The notes: a model not told the origin generated them from the letters alone. Counted from the first letter of the stretch, positions 39,766 through 50,539 are shown. The stretch is 64,000 nucleotides of DNA from Patescibacteria group bacterium (GCA_022709735.1 JAKLIG010000004.1:240-64239); one strand, 5' to 3'. Numbers and translations are program-made.

Positions 39766-40518
39766 TTAATGCTCGGCTTCCATTGTGCCGATTTTCAAAA
39801 ATACAATCGTAAGCATTGAAAAAACCAGCGCCTGGACAAAACCGACAAACATTTCCAAAAACAAAAACGGGAGAGGAACAATATACGGCACGAGATTTAG
39901 CATCACGATGAGCAAAACTTCACCGGCAAAAATATTTCCAAACAATCGGAATGCATAGGAAATAATTCGGGACACTTCTCCGACAATTTCCAAAATTCCG
40001 ACAAATGTTCCGATGAAATATGGTTTATGAAATGGGCTGATAAAAAACTTTTTGGCATATTTTACCACTCCAATTGTCGCAATCCCCATAAACTGCACGG
40101 AAAAAACCGAAACTAGCGCGAGAGCTATCGTGACGTTGAGATCAGCTGAAGAACTTCGAAGAAACGGAATGAGAATTTCTTTTCCATGGAGATTTTCCCG
40201 AATTCCGATTGTTCCAAGTCCTGGCATAAGCTCCACCCAGTTGGAAAGAATCACAAAAATGAAAATTGTCATCACGATTGGAAAAAATTTTTCCGTTTGT
40301 TTTCGGTTTTGCGTAATGCTATCAGTTAAATTTAAAAAAGCTTCCATAACATATTCAACTATGTTTTGAAAGCCTCGCGGAACTTTTTTAAGATTATTTT
40401 TTAATATAAGTGATGCGATGAGAACTATAAGGGTGATGAAAACAGCTACAACCAGCGTGTTGGTTACGGGGAAACTTCCTATGTGGAATAATGGTTCGGC
40501 TGCAATTGAAATCTCCAT
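39766..40518 (-). CDS. atpB: F-type ATP synthase subunit a
   Basis: Polytopic membrane protein; ...RLFGNIFAGEVLL motif. Confidence 0.85.
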   Translation of the reverse strand: MEISIAAEPLFHIGSFPVTNTLVVAVFITLIVLIASLILKNNLKKVPRGFQNIVEYVMEAFLNLTDSITQNRKQTEKFFPIVMTIFIFVILSNWVELMPGLGTIGIRENLHGKEILIPFLRSSSADLNVTIALALVSVFSVQFMGIATIGVVKYAKKFFISPFHKPYFIGTFVGILEIVGEVSRIISYAFRLFGNIFAGEVLLIVMLNLVPYIVPLPFLFLEMFVGFVQALVFSMLTIVFLKIGTMEAEH

Positions 40519-40757
40519 TATTTTTTCTCTGAATTATTTATTATTTCAACTGATTTTTTGTACACCATATACGATGAAACTGCGATTGAAATTATTATTC
40601 CTAAAAGCAACATCCAAGGCGAGGTGCCCATTTTTTTATCCAAAAATCTTCCAATGAGCGCCAGCACTACCAGCGGAACAGCGATTGAGTAGCCAAGAGA
40701 CCAAGCCAAAGATAATGCTGACCAGGAATTTTCCTGACTTTTATTTTTGTCTTCCAT
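40518..40757 (-). CDS. AtpI/AtpZ-like small membrane protein; stop overlaps the atpB start (TAATG)
   Basis: Two TM helices; position at the head of the atp operon. Confidence 0.6.
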   Translation of the reverse strand: MEDKNKSQENSWSALSLAWSLGYSIAVPLVVLALIGRFLDKKMGTSPWMLLLGIIISIAVSSYMVYKKSVEIINNSEKK

Positions 40758-40839
40758 ATTATATTTTATCTCACTCTTATTTTCGTTCTTATTTCAGTAT
40801 TTCCTAAAATTTTAAAAAAGTCAAGAGTAGAAAATTTCT

Positions 40840-41544
40840 TTATTCAAGCCCTAATCCGGTCAAAAAATCATGAAGTTCCACACCCTTAATTTCTCGAAAT
40901 TCGCCCGGTTTTAGGCTTTTTATCTGGATATTCATGACTCTCACTCTTTTTAGATCAACTACAGCATACCCCAGCGCCGTGCACATTCTTCGGATCTGCC
41001 TTTTTTTGCCTTCAGTGAGAATTATCGAAAACATCGCGTCATTTATTTTTTGCATTTTGCACTCTTTAGTTTTATACCCGTCATCCAATTTTACCCCGCG
41101 CGCCATTTTGCTCAAAAAACTTTCTGACATATCTTTGTTCACGCGCACTGCATATTCTTTTTCGTGCTCTTTTTCCGGATTTAAAATCTTGTCCGTTATC
41201 CGACCGTCGTTTGTGAGAATAATAAGTCCCCATGAATCTTTGTCGAGCCTTCCAATTGGAAAAACTTTTTGTGGAATTTTTGCCACGTCCCTAATGCTTT
41301 TTTCTTTCCCTTGCGCGCTATGCGTGACAATTCCAACTGGTTTGTTATAGGCATAGTAAAATAATTTTTTTTGAAAGTCATCGGAAAGTTCCACTTCATC
41401 ATTTTCCAAAACCTTGTCGCCCAAAACTGCTTTCCGTTTATTTATTTTGACTTTTCCTAATTTAATCAGCTCGTCCGCTTCTCGCCGGCTGCAAATATTT
41501 TTCATGGCCAGATATTTATTTATTCTCATCGGATAATCATTCAT
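40840..41544 (-). CDS. RsuA/RluB-family rRNA pseudouridine synthase (S4 domain + catalytic domain)
   Basis: S4 domain MRINKYLAMKNICSRREADELIKLGKVKIN; catalytic motif FPIGRLDKDSWGLIILTNDG. Confidence 0.8.
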   Translation of the reverse strand: MNDYPMRINKYLAMKNICSRREADELIKLGKVKINKRKAVLGDKVLENDEVELSDDFQKKLFYYAYNKPVGIVTHSAQGKEKSIRDVAKIPQKVFPIGRLDKDSWGLIILTNDGRITDKILNPEKEHEKEYAVRVNKDMSESFLSKMARGVKLDDGYKTKECKMQKINDAMFSIILTEGKKRQIRRMCTALGYAVVDLKRVRVMNIQIKSLKPGEFREIKGVELHDFLTGLGLE

Positions 41545-41553
41545 ATTATTATT

Positions 41554-42384
41554 TTATATTCCAAAAAGCTTTTTAGCATTTTGGGTAGTTATTTTTTCAA
41601 CTTCTTCTAATTTTATATTTTTTACTTCGGCAATTTTCTCCGCTACATAGCGAACATTTAGCGGTTCATTTCGCTCGCCTTTTTTCGGCACTGGGGTGAG
41701 ATACGGGCAATCAGTTTCTAAAACGATGTCCCTTAAATCTATTTCTCTTATTAATCTATTATAACTTATGCCATAGGTAACCACGCCGTTGAGCCCGATT
41801 TTATATCCAAGCTCAATAAATTTTTTAGCAGTTTTATACCCTCCGACAAAACTATGAATCACTCCTTTCTTCTCGAGCTCGTTATTTTTTAGAATTTCTA
41901 ATAAATCATCATAAGCATCCCAACAATGAATAATAATCGGTTTTTTTACGGCGTTTGCTAATTTTATTCCTTGAAGTAAAATTTCTTTCTGCTTGGTTTT
42001 TAATTCTTCAACATCATCGCCTTCTTCAAAATGATGATAGTCCAATCCCATTTCTCCAATTGCTACCACTTTCGGATTTTTTGCCAGTACTAAATAATTC
42101 TCATAATTAAATTCTTCCCCATTGGTTTTTATTTCTATTTCCTCTAACTCATTGTCATCCTTATAATTGAAATTTCTCCTTTCTAAATGCAACGGATGTA
42201 TTCCAACTGCTGCCCAAACGCCAGTTTCATATTTTTTCGCAAATTCCACTGCTCGAACGCTCGTCGAATATTGCGATCCGACATTAATCATAAAAACACC
42301 CTTTTCTAGGGTCTTTTTAATAACTTCCTCCGCATCGTCTTTATAGGCAGAGAAATTCAAATGAGCGTGGGTGTCGATTAGCAT
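41554..42384 (-). CDS. tatD: TatD-family metal-dependent DNase
   Basis: N-terminus MLIDTHAHLNF... Confidence 0.85.
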   Translation of the reverse strand: MLIDTHAHLNFSAYKDDAEEVIKKTLEKGVFMINVGSQYSTSVRAVEFAKKYETGVWAAVGIHPLHLERRNFNYKDDNELEEIEIKTNGEEFNYENYLVLAKNPKVVAIGEMGLDYHHFEEGDDVEELKTKQKEILLQGIKLANAVKKPIIIHCWDAYDDLLEILKNNELEKKGVIHSFVGGYKTAKKFIELGYKIGLNGVVTYGISYNRLIREIDLRDIVLETDCPYLTPVPKKGERNEPLNVRYVAEKIAEVKNIKLEEVEKITTQNAKKLFGI

Positions 42385-42390
42385 AAGAGC

Positions 42391-42444
42391 GTCATCCTGA
42401 ACGAAGTGAAGGATCTCGAGATTCTTCGCTATGCTCAGAATGAC
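42391..42444. repeat. Palindromic repeat element E4: gtcatcctgaacgaagtgaaggatctcgag / attcttcgctatgctcagaatgac, a near-perfect 54-nt hairpin between metG stop and tatD start
   Basis: The two halves are reverse complements with a few mismatches. Confidence 0.8.
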
Positions 42445-42450
42445 AAAAAA

Positions 42451-43884
42451 TTATTTAATCCTCTGAAACAACGGTTCAACTTTCTTTGTTTCCAAAGCTT
42501 TTTTTATTTTCTCCGAAGTTTCCGGCATAAAAGGAATTATTAATTCTGAAATAACATTTAAGCGTCGTAGCAAAAATTGCATTATTTTCTGAAATCCTAC
42601 TGGATTATTTTTCTGCAGTTCCCAAGGTTTATTATCTTCAATATATTTATTATCTTCTTTTATTATATTCCAAATGATATTTAAAGCAGCAGAAAATTCC
42701 ATTTTTGTAAAACATGAGGTTATATCAATTTTCAAATCTTTATCATTTTGAACACCTTGGCTTAGTTTAATAACTCTTGAAACTAAATTCCCCAACCCAT
42801 TTGCCAAATCTGCATTATATTTCTCAATCAATTTCTCCCAAGTGATATCAAAATCTTCTCCAAAATTAGCGCCTGATAAAAGTAAGTACCGCGTTGCATC
42901 TGTACCAAATTTCTCCACCATTTCAAAAGGCGAAATTACATTGCCCAAACTTTTGCTCATTTTCTGACCATCAACTGTAATAAAGCCATTTACAAAAATT
43001 TGCTTGGAATTTGGAAGCCCGGCCGAAAAAAGCATCGCTTGCCACATTGCTGATTGCTGGCGAAGATTGTCCTTTCCACAAACTTGATATCCCGGCCAAA
43101 ATTTTTCAAAATTTTCTTGGTTTTCTGGCTTGCCATCCGTAGCTTTAGCGAAGGATGGCCAACCTAGAGTTGAAATATAATTGACCAGGGCGTCAAACCA
43201 AACATACATCACATGATTTTCATCTCCCGGTACTGGCACGCCCCACGGCATTTTGCTTTTTAGGCGCGAGATGCTGAAATCTTCCAATCCTCTTTCTACA
43301 AAACTTCGGACTTCATTAAATCTTTTTTGAGGTTTTACAAAATCTGGATTTTTCTTATATAATTCCAAAAGCTTATCCTGGTATTTTGAAAAGCGAAAAA
43401 AATAATTTTCTTCTTTAATTATCTCCAGTTCCATATTGGGATGAAGCGGGCATTTTCCATCAACCAATTCTGAATCTGTTTTTTCCAGCTCGCATCCAAC
43501 GCAATATTTTATTTTATAAATTTTTTTGTATATATCGCCGTTTTTCTCACAAAGTTTCCAAAATTCTTGCGCCGCCTTGATATGATTTTTATCGGTCGTT
43601 CGAATGAAATTATCATAGCTTAAATTAAGCGCTTGTTTTAACTTATCAAATTCCGGCGCTTTTTGGTCGCAATATTCTTGCACATCCAAACCTAGTGCTT
43701 CGGCTTTTCTGAAAATTTTGAGGCCGTGCTCATCCGTTCCAGTATTGAAAAAAACTTCATCGCCAAGATTCCGATGAAATCGCGCCAAAACATCGGCTTC
43801 AATTATTTCTTTGGCAAAACCAATATGCGGATCAGCATTTACATAAGGAAGTGTGGTAGTTATATAAAAATTATTTTTTTTCAT
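42451..43884 (-). CDS. metG: Methionyl-tRNA synthetase (short form)
   Basis: TTTLPYVNADPHIGFA (HIGH region); QKMSKSLGNV (KMSKS). Confidence 0.9.
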   Translation of the reverse strand: MKKNNFYITTTLPYVNADPHIGFAKEIIEADVLARFHRNLGDEVFFNTGTDEHGLKIFRKAEALGLDVQEYCDQKAPEFDKLKQALNLSYDNFIRTTDKNHIKAAQEFWKLCEKNGDIYKKIYKIKYCVGCELEKTDSELVDGKCPLHPNMELEIIKEENYFFRFSKYQDKLLELYKKNPDFVKPQKRFNEVRSFVERGLEDFSISRLKSKMPWGVPVPGDENHVMYVWFDALVNYISTLGWPSFAKATDGKPENQENFEKFWPGYQVCGKDNLRQQSAMWQAMLFSAGLPNSKQIFVNGFITVDGQKMSKSLGNVISPFEMVEKFGTDATRYLLLSGANFGEDFDITWEKLIEKYNADLANGLGNLVSRVIKLSQGVQNDKDLKIDITSCFTKMEFSAALNIIWNIIKEDNKYIEDNKPWELQKNNPVGFQKIMQFLLRRLNVISELIIPFMPETSEKIKKALETKKVEPLFQRIK

Positions 43885-44317
43885 TGTATTTTTCTATTAG
43901 TTCCTTAAATCTAAAACCATTAACAAGCATCCTTTTAGCATTTGGCCATACAAAATCATAATCATCTAGTTCATTTTCGGCTACCCATTTTAATTGTATA
44001 TTTTCTGAGCTTATCTTAATCTTATCATTTTCATTTTTTATAAGTCTTACAATACCGCTAACTGGAAATTTATCTTTTCTTTCCCAAACCTCGAAATCAA
44101 CAATTCCAAGAATTTCAAATTCTTTTAAACCTATTTCTTCAAAAATTTCTCTTCTGAAAGCTTTTTCGCTATTCCTTTCGCCTTTATCAAGTCTCCCTCC
44201 TGGCAAGCCCCATCTTCCAGGCCATTTACTAAATTCTCCTATAAGACATTTATTATCTCTAATAAAAACTGCGACTTGACTTATATGAAATTGCTCAAAT
44301 TTTTCATCGCCTATCAT
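43871..44317 (-). CDS. NUDIX hydrolase
   Basis: Nudix box GGRLDKGERNSEKAFRREIFEEIGL. Confidence 0.8.
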   Translation of the reverse strand: MIGDEKFEQFHISQVAVFIRDNKCLIGEFSKWPGRWGLPGGRLDKGERNSEKAFRREIFEEIGLKEFEILGIVDFEVWERKDKFPVSGIVRLIKNENDKIKISSENIQLKWVAENELDDYDFVWPNAKRMLVNGFRFKELIEKYNEKK

Positions 44318-44318
44318 A

Positions 44319-45011
44319 TTAATAAATAATTATTACTATCTCCCCTCTTATCTTATCCTTATTTTTTTCAAAATATTCCAAAACCTCACTGACATTTCCC
44401 CGCACAATTTCTTCAAACATTTTTGTAAGTTCCCGGCCTAAAATAACATTCTTATCAGGCGCTAAAATTTTCAATAATTCTAAATTCTTAATCAATCGAT
44501 GCGGAGATTCAAAATACATTACCGGAATTTCAAACGCCACTGCTTTTTTGAAAAAAGTTTCTCGGCCTTTTTTATGCGGAGGAAAACCTAAAAATACAAA
44601 TTGGGTAAGATCAATTCCTGCGACACTCGCTAATGCCGTAAGCGATGAAGCTCCCGGAATTGGAATAACCGCGATATTATTTTCTACTGCGCTTTTTACC
44701 AATTGATTTCCCGGATCAGAGATTCCCGGCGTACCGGCGTCTGTTATGAGCGCCAAATTTTTTCCGCTTTTCAATTCTTGAATTATCAAATTTAATTTAG
44801 GCACCGGTTTTGTGCTTCCGCCTTTTCTGATGTTTTGATAGAACGACATCGCCGGCGTAAAAATTTCGCAGTGATCCAAAAGTTTTTTGGAAGTTCGGGT
44901 ATCCTCGCAAACAACTAAATCGACTTTTTTCAAAGTTTCAATTGCGCGAAATGTGATATCGGCCAAATTGCCAATCGGGGTTGCCACTATATATAATACG
45001 CCATTATCCAT
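44319..45011 (-). CDS. rsmI: 16S rRNA (cytidine1402-2'-O)-methyltransferase RsmI
   Basis: LYIVATPIGNLADITFRAIETLKKVDLVVCEDTR. Confidence 0.85.
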   Translation of the reverse strand: MDNGVLYIVATPIGNLADITFRAIETLKKVDLVVCEDTRTSKKLLDHCEIFTPAMSFYQNIRKGGSTKPVPKLNLIIQELKSGKNLALITDAGTPGISDPGNQLVKSAVENNIAVIPIPGASSLTALASVAGIDLTQFVFLGFPPHKKGRETFFKKAVAFEIPVMYFESPHRLIKNLELLKILAPDKNVILGRELTKMFEEIVRGNVSEVLEYFEKNKDKIRGEIVIIIY

Positions 45012-45029
45012 AGTAAATTATTTTCCTAC

Positions 45030-46037
45030 TTATTTTTCCATCAAATCTGAAACAAAAAGACTTATCGCGGTTGCCGCCGGCACGGCGATAATCGCGCCTA
45101 ACACTCCAGCTAGTTTAAAGCCAATTAAGATTGCCACAATTGTTACTACTGGATTTAGCCCCACCGCTTTTTTCATAGTCAGCGGAATAACTACATGGCT
45201 CTCGATTTGTTGCGCAACTAGATACACCACGAAAGCCATCATCCCAACTGTTGGTGAAACTAAAAATCCCAAAATTATTCCGGGCACAGCTGAAATTATC
45301 GGCCCGACATATGGCACTACTTCTAAAATTCCGGCAAAAATTGCCAAAAGCAAAGGATATGGCACGCCTACCAAATATAATCCCACAAAATCTAAAATGA
45401 AAATTACAAGCATCAAAAACAATTGGCCGATCATCCATTTTCCAATTTTGCCCTCAATCCTGTCCGTGAGACTAGCCGCATATTCCTTCTTTTTTTCCGG
45501 CATGATAGAGACGATAAATTTTTTTATTCCGCTCTCTTCCATCACCATATAAAAAGCCATAGAAAAAACTACCACTACTGAAAGCAAGCCAGAAAAAACT
45601 CCCAACGTCTTGGAAAAAATATTTTTTGAAATATTTGAAAAACTGCTTTCTACATTATTAGCGACGCTTTGAACGATTCTATTTATGCCGGAATTTCCTG
45701 GAGAATTTATGGCATTTCCAAAGTCTCCAAAATATTGGGATGAATTTTTAGAAAAATCATTAAACTGGTTCACTATAGACGGCACCATGAAAGATATTAT
45801 CAGCGCTATTGCCGAAAACAAAACTGCATAAAGTAGCATCGCGCCAACTGCTCTTGGAACTTTTTTCTTTTGAAGATAATCCACCGCCGGATCAATTGAA
45901 GCGGCAATTATGACTGCAATAAAAAGCAAAATAACAATATCGCGTACCAAAAACAAAAACCACAAACCCAAAAGAATCACAATCGTTTTTATAACTATAT
46001 TCGTTGAAATTTCAACTTTTTTTGGTTCAATTTCCAT
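45030..46037 (-). CDS. AI-2E/PerM-family (UPF0118) membrane transporter
   Basis: Polytopic membrane protein with the typical family length and topology. Confidence 0.6.
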   Translation of the reverse strand: MEIEPKKVEISTNIVIKTIVILLGLWFLFLVRDIVILLFIAVIIAASIDPAVDYLQKKKVPRAVGAMLLYAVLFSAIALIISFMVPSIVNQFNDFSKNSSQYFGDFGNAINSPGNSGINRIVQSVANNVESSFSNISKNIFSKTLGVFSGLLSVVVVFSMAFYMVMEESGIKKFIVSIMPEKKKEYAASLTDRIEGKIGKWMIGQLFLMLVIFILDFVGLYLVGVPYPLLLAIFAGILEVVPYVGPIISAVPGIILGFLVSPTVGMMAFVVYLVAQQIESHVVIPLTMKKAVGLNPVVTIVAILIGFKLAGVLGAIIAVPAATAISLFVSDLMEK

Positions 46038-46040
46038 GCT

Positions 46041-47309
46041 TTACATTTTTAGCTCTTTTATTAATTTTTCTGCATTTTTATGTGGCCCAATAACCGCTAA
46101 ATTAAGCCTATCTAGGCGAAAAATATCTTTGGCTACTCTTAGTATATCACTTACACTGACTTTATCAATGAGAGCAAATTTTTCTTCCAAAGTTAAAATT
46201 TTTCCATAAGTTACTTCCTGATCAATGAAAAACATCGCCACTTCGTCTGATGATTCCATGCCCATAACCGATCGTCCTTTGACAAAATCCTTGGCTTTTT
46301 TGAGTTCTTTTTCACTTACTTTCTCCTGGGTTATTTTTTTATATTCTCCTAAAATAACTCGGATCGTTTCTCCCAAATTTTTATGTTCCACTCCTGCGCT
46401 AGTCGCAATATATCCAACATCTTCATAAGCTTCGCCTCCAGTTCGGACATAATATGCCAAGCCGCGCCTTTCCCGCACTTCCAAAAACATCCGACTAGAC
46501 ATTCCTCCGCCCAAAATAATTGAGAGAAGCGCTAGTGCGTAACGATCCTTATTGTTTCTATTATAAGCTCTGATTCCCAAAACTAAATGTGTTTGGTCGG
46601 TTTTTTTGAATTTGATTTTTACCTGCGGACTTTTTTGATTTTCTTTCACTTTGGAAATTTTTGCTTTTTTTCCGCTTGGCATTTTTGAAAAATATTTTTC
46701 AATTTCTCTGATTATTTTTTTCTCTTGAAAATTTCCCGCTACCGCCACAACCGTATCATCGGCTACATAAAACTTTTTCATATAATCAACAAAATCTTTT
46801 CGCTTGAATGAACTGACTGTTTTTTTATATCCCGCGATTTCCCGCCCCAAATTAGTTTTTGGATAAAGCATTTCCTCAAAAACATCTCCAACTTTTTGAA
46901 TCGGCGTATCTTCATACATATTAATTTCCTGAATAATCGGGCCTTTTTCTTTTTCAATTTCTTTTTCTTCAAGCTTGGAATTGAGATAAATGTCAGCTAT
47001 GACATCCAGCGCAATTTTAATATGTTTTTTATCAACTTTGGCATAATACATCGTCTTATCTTTGGAAGTAAACGCATTATATTCTCCGCCAATCGATTCT
47101 AATTCTTCAGAAATCGCCATCGCTGTCGGACGATTTTTTGTACCCTTAAAAAACATATGCTCAATGAAATGTGAAAGTCCGGCTTCTTTTTCTGTTTCGA
47201 ATCGCGATCCGACGCCAATCATAACTAAAACTGCCACCGTTTGAGTTTCTTTCATTGGCGCAGTAATTATTCGAAGTTCATTTTTGAGAGTAGTTTTTTT
47301 GAATTTCAT
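46041..47309 (-). CDS. M16-family (insulinase-like) zinc peptidase
   Basis: Inverted zinc motif HFIEHMFFKGT. Confidence 0.8.
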   Translation of the reverse strand: MKFKKTTLKNELRIITAPMKETQTVAVLVMIGVGSRFETEKEAGLSHFIEHMFFKGTKNRPTAMAISEELESIGGEYNAFTSKDKTMYYAKVDKKHIKIALDVIADIYLNSKLEEKEIEKEKGPIIQEINMYEDTPIQKVGDVFEEMLYPKTNLGREIAGYKKTVSSFKRKDFVDYMKKFYVADDTVVAVAGNFQEKKIIREIEKYFSKMPSGKKAKISKVKENQKSPQVKIKFKKTDQTHLVLGIRAYNRNNKDRYALALLSIILGGGMSSRMFLEVRERRGLAYYVRTGGEAYEDVGYIATSAGVEHKNLGETIRVILGEYKKITQEKVSEKELKKAKDFVKGRSVMGMESSDEVAMFFIDQEVTYGKILTLEEKFALIDKVSVSDILRVAKDIFRLDRLNLAVIGPHKNAEKLIKELKM

Positions 47310-47455
47310 TTACCCTGTTAAATAAGATTTGAACCTTTTTTAAGATACAACTTATTTTTTATAATTTAATTATATTTTTATAATTCATCCTTGTTTTTTA
47401 TTCAAATCTTAATTTTAAATTTTTATAAAAATTTAAAATTATTTAACAGGGTGAA
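47297..47455. promoter_or_regulatory. AT-rich intergenic region bounded by a 14-bp perfect inverted repeat (accctgttaaataa ... ttatttaacagggt)
   Basis: Read directly from the sequence. Confidence 0.35.
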
Positions 47456-48442
47456 TTATTTTTTATTTCTATTTATTCTTATTAATCCTGAATATGGGAT
47501 TATTTCTAGTCCTTTCTTCTCCAATTCGTCCAAAATTATATTCATTCCCAAAGAATCACTAGAAATATGTCCGGCGACAACTACATTGATATTAGCTTTC
47601 TCTGCTTCTTTCTTATGTTCTTCGCTCTGATGCATAGAAACAATTGTTCCTATCCCAGCGTTCGCCATAGCAGAATATATTTCCTTGGAACCTTCCGTCC
47701 CGCCCGTAAATTCTGAAACTGTCACTTTGCCACAGCGATTGCTAGCAGATCCCGAAAAAAGCATCGGTCCGGCGCCCTGCCTTTTTGCTTCTTGATATTC
47801 TGGAATTGAATTTATAACTTTCAAAACATCCTCAACATATTTCGGTTTGGCTTTTTCAATTTCTTTTGTCAAAAATTGCGCTGCCGAGTTATCTCCCGGG
47901 GTATGAATATTCATTAGATTTATTTTCATGAGCCTCGCTGCATCGACTGGCACAAAATGATTAATTGGATTTATACCTCTCGATACTTCGGATATTCTTT
48001 TATGAATAAGCTTTTCGGCAATGTTTATTGGCACTCCCAATTTTTCTATTAAATCAATTTGAAGATCCATCACCGCATCCAGATTGGCCAAGGTTTTTCC
48101 AATCGGATGATGATTGATTATGAGATCAACTCCGAGTTCTTTGGCCAGCATCACTCCGCCCATCGAAAGATCAATCCCGACCAGCGCTTTTTTTATATTC
48201 TTTACTCCTCCGGCATAATGAATTGCCGTATCCGCATAAGGATTGATTAATTTTTCTTTATCAAAATATTCCTTTTCTTCTTTTGGCAACTTTTCATAAA
48301 TTTCCTTTTGGTGTTTTAGGTATTCTTTTATTTCTTTTTCACTTCGGAAATCGTTTTTTATCCCAATTTTAAGGGCTAAATCAAATATTTCTTGGATTGT
48401 CATAAAATTTATTTTTAACTGTTTATAGGCTAACCTTATCAT
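47456..48442 (-). CDS. Nif3-family dinuclear-metal-centre protein (tentative)
   Basis: LIINHHP and VVAGHISSD motifs; true start may be the internal MTIQEIF. Confidence 0.5.
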   Translation of the reverse strand: MIRLAYKQLKINFMTIQEIFDLALKIGIKNDFRSEKEIKEYLKHQKEIYEKLPKEEKEYFDKEKLINPYADTAIHYAGGVKNIKKALVGIDLSMGGVMLAKELGVDLIINHHPIGKTLANLDAVMDLQIDLIEKLGVPINIAEKLIHKRISEVSRGINPINHFVPVDAARLMKINLMNIHTPGDNSAAQFLTKEIEKAKPKYVEDVLKVINSIPEYQEAKRQGAGPMLFSGSASNRCGKVTVSEFTGGTEGSKEIYSAMANAGIGTIVSMHQSEEHKKEAEKANINVVVAGHISSDSLGMNIILDELEKKGLEIIPYSGLIRINRNKK

Positions 48443-48496
48443 ATTCTCCAGGGTTTTTCAAGAAAAATTATCGGTTTTCAGTTGTATTAAAAAAAG

Positions 48497-49174
48497 ATGA
48501 AAAGGTATATTACTACAATTGTATTGCTCATTATATTCACGATCATTATAATCGCTGTTTCGCGTTTTTATTTTTCAAAAAATAAAACAAATGATAATGC
48601 CATTCCGCTTCAGAATAATAACGCCAATTTAAACAATCAAACTAGCCATGATCCATTAAATTCCGCAATATTAAATATTCCGCTAGACAAAGCCCTTTCT
48701 AGAATTACTAAAAAACCTTTTGGCATATATGTTAGCCCTGGAAATTCTCCAGTAACGCCGGAAAAATTTACTGGCTATCATACCGGAACCGATTTTGAAA
48801 CAACACCCGAAGAAGCGGATATCCCCGTAGAAATTCACGCGATTACTGATGGGAAAATTATAAATAAACTTTCTATTTCCGGCTATGGCGGAGTGATTTT
48901 GGAAAAAGCTGTTATTAATAATCAGCCGGTTATTATTCTTTACGGTCATGTTGACATTCGAGCGGAAAATTCTCGCATCAACATTGGCGATACAATTAAA
49001 AAAGGCGACTCAATCGCCATTCTTTCGCCTGGTTATAGCCCACAGTCCGGCGGCGAGCGAAAACATCTACATTTAGGAATAATTAAAGGTTCGACCGTTG
49101 ACTATCGTGGTTATGCTCAAAATCAAAACGAGCTTTCAAGGTGGATTGACGCGGAAAGTATATTGGGGAAATAA
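48497..49174 (+). CDS. M23-family metallopeptidase (LytM-like), secreted
   Basis: HTGTDF and HLHLGI motifs; N-terminal TM/signal. Confidence 0.75.
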   Translation: MKRYITTIVLLIIFTIIIIAVSRFYFSKNKTNDNAIPLQNNNANLNNQTSHDPLNSAILNIPLDKALSRITKKPFGIYVSPGNSPVTPEKFTGYHTGTDFETTPEEADIPVEIHAITDGKIINKLSISGYGGVILEKAVINNQPVIILYGHVDIRAENSRINIGDTIKKGDSIAILSPGYSPQSGGERKHLHLGIIKGSTVDYRGYAQNQNELSRWIDAESILGK

Positions 49175-49180
49175 AAAGTT

Positions 49181-50539
49181 TTAGTTTTTCAATTTTTCTT
49201 CAAAATATTTCGCCAATTCTGAAATTGCAATTCTTTCCTGTTTCATCGTATCTCGATCACGCACTGTCACGGCTTTGTCATTAAGCGAATCAAAATCCAC
49301 TGTCACACAATAGGGCGTACCAATTTCATCTTGCCGGCGATAACGCTTGCCGATGTTGCCGTTGTCATCAAACTCGCACATATAATTCATTTTAAGTACA
49401 TCAAAAATTTCTTTAGCTTTTTTGACAAGCTCCGGTTTATTCCTTAGAAGCGGAAACACGGCTATTTTGTATGGAGCCAAACTTGGCTTAATTTTCAATA
49501 CGACCCTATCCTTTTCTTCAGTATAAGCATCAAGCAAAACTGCTAATACCGACCTATCTACTCCAAAAGTCGGTTCAATTACATGCGGATAAAATTTTTC
49601 TTTGGCTTCTGCATCTTCATATGGCGAATCTGGAAAATGGTTTTTTAAGTCAAAGTCAGTGCGATAGGCCAGTCCATATAACTCTGATTTGCCAAACGGA
49701 TAATTGTATTCAATATCAATTGTTTTTTTAGAATAATGCGCTCTGTTTTGAGCTTCGCATTCGCATTCACCAAGATTTTCCTTTTTTAATCCAAGATTTT
49801 CTGTGCACCAAGACCACATCTCTTTCTGCCAATAATTAAATACGCTTTGCCACTCATTATCTTCCATCGGCTTTGGTATGAAATATTCAATTTCCATTTG
49901 TTCAAATTCTCTGGTTCTAAAAATAAAATTTCCCGGAGTTACTTCATTCCTAAAAGCTTTTCCAATTTGGGCTATGCCAAAAGGCAATTTTCTCCTAGTG
50001 GTATTTAAAACATTTTTAAAATCTACGAACATTGCCTGAGCTGTTTCCGGCCTGAAATATGCTACATTCGCCTTTTCTTCTGCAGGTCCAATAAAAGTTT
50101 TTAACATTAAGTTAAATTGCCTTGGTTCTGATAAATTTCCTTTACAATCTGGACATTTTATATTCTTATTAAATTTCTTATTTTTTTCATAATCAGAATC
50201 GATATGATCTGCTCTAAACCTTCTCTTGCATTTATCGCACTCTACTAGAGGATCAGAAAATTCCTTTAGATGGCCAGAGTTTTCCCAAACCTTAGTATTC
50301 ATAATTAAAGAAGCATCAATGCCTACCATATCGTCTCTTTGCTGAACAAATCTTTTCCACCAAACATTTTTGATATTATTTTTCAATTCAACTCCGAGAG
50401 GCCCGAAGTCCCAAGAGTTGGCCAGCCCGCCATAAATTTCACTCCCCGGAAACACAAATCCCCTTCTTTTACAAAGCGAAACAATTTTTTCCATTTTACC
50501 CGCCGAAGAGGAGGGTAACTCATTTTTTTCTTTTGACAT
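49181..50539 (-). CDS. glyQS: Glycyl-tRNA synthetase, alpha2 (eukaryote/archaeal-like) type
   Basis: FRNEVTPGNFIFRTREFEQMEIEYF (class II motif 2); N-terminal ...RRGFVFPGSEIYGGLANSWDFGPLG. Confidence 0.85.
   Translation of the reverse strand: MSKEKNELPSSSAGKMEKIVSLCKRRGFVFPGSEIYGGLANSWDFGPLGVELKNNIKNVWWKRFVQQRDDMVGIDASLIMNTKVWENSGHLKEFSDPLVECDKCKRRFRADHIDSDYEKNKKFNKNIKCPDCKGNLSEPRQFNLMLKTFIGPAEEKANVAYFRPETAQAMFVDFKNVLNTTRRKLPFGIAQIGKAFRNEVTPGNFIFRTREFEQMEIEYFIPKPMEDNEWQSVFNYWQKEMWSWCTENLGLKKENLGECECEAQNRAHYSKKTIDIEYNYPFGKSELYGLAYRTDFDLKNHFPDSPYEDAEAKEKFYPHVIEPTFGVDRSVLAVLLDAYTEEKDRVVLKIKPSLAPYKIAVFPLLRNKPELVKKAKEIFDVLKMNYMCEFDDNGNIGKRYRRQDEIGTPYCVTVDFDSLNDKAVTVRDRDTMKQERIAISELAKYFEEKLKN

Noticed and set aside
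44887-45552. 221-aa plus-strand ORF and 107-aa minus ORF (45115..45438) inside rsmI and the AI-2E transporter gene
   Set aside because: They overlap confidently called genes, and their sequences look like frame artefacts.
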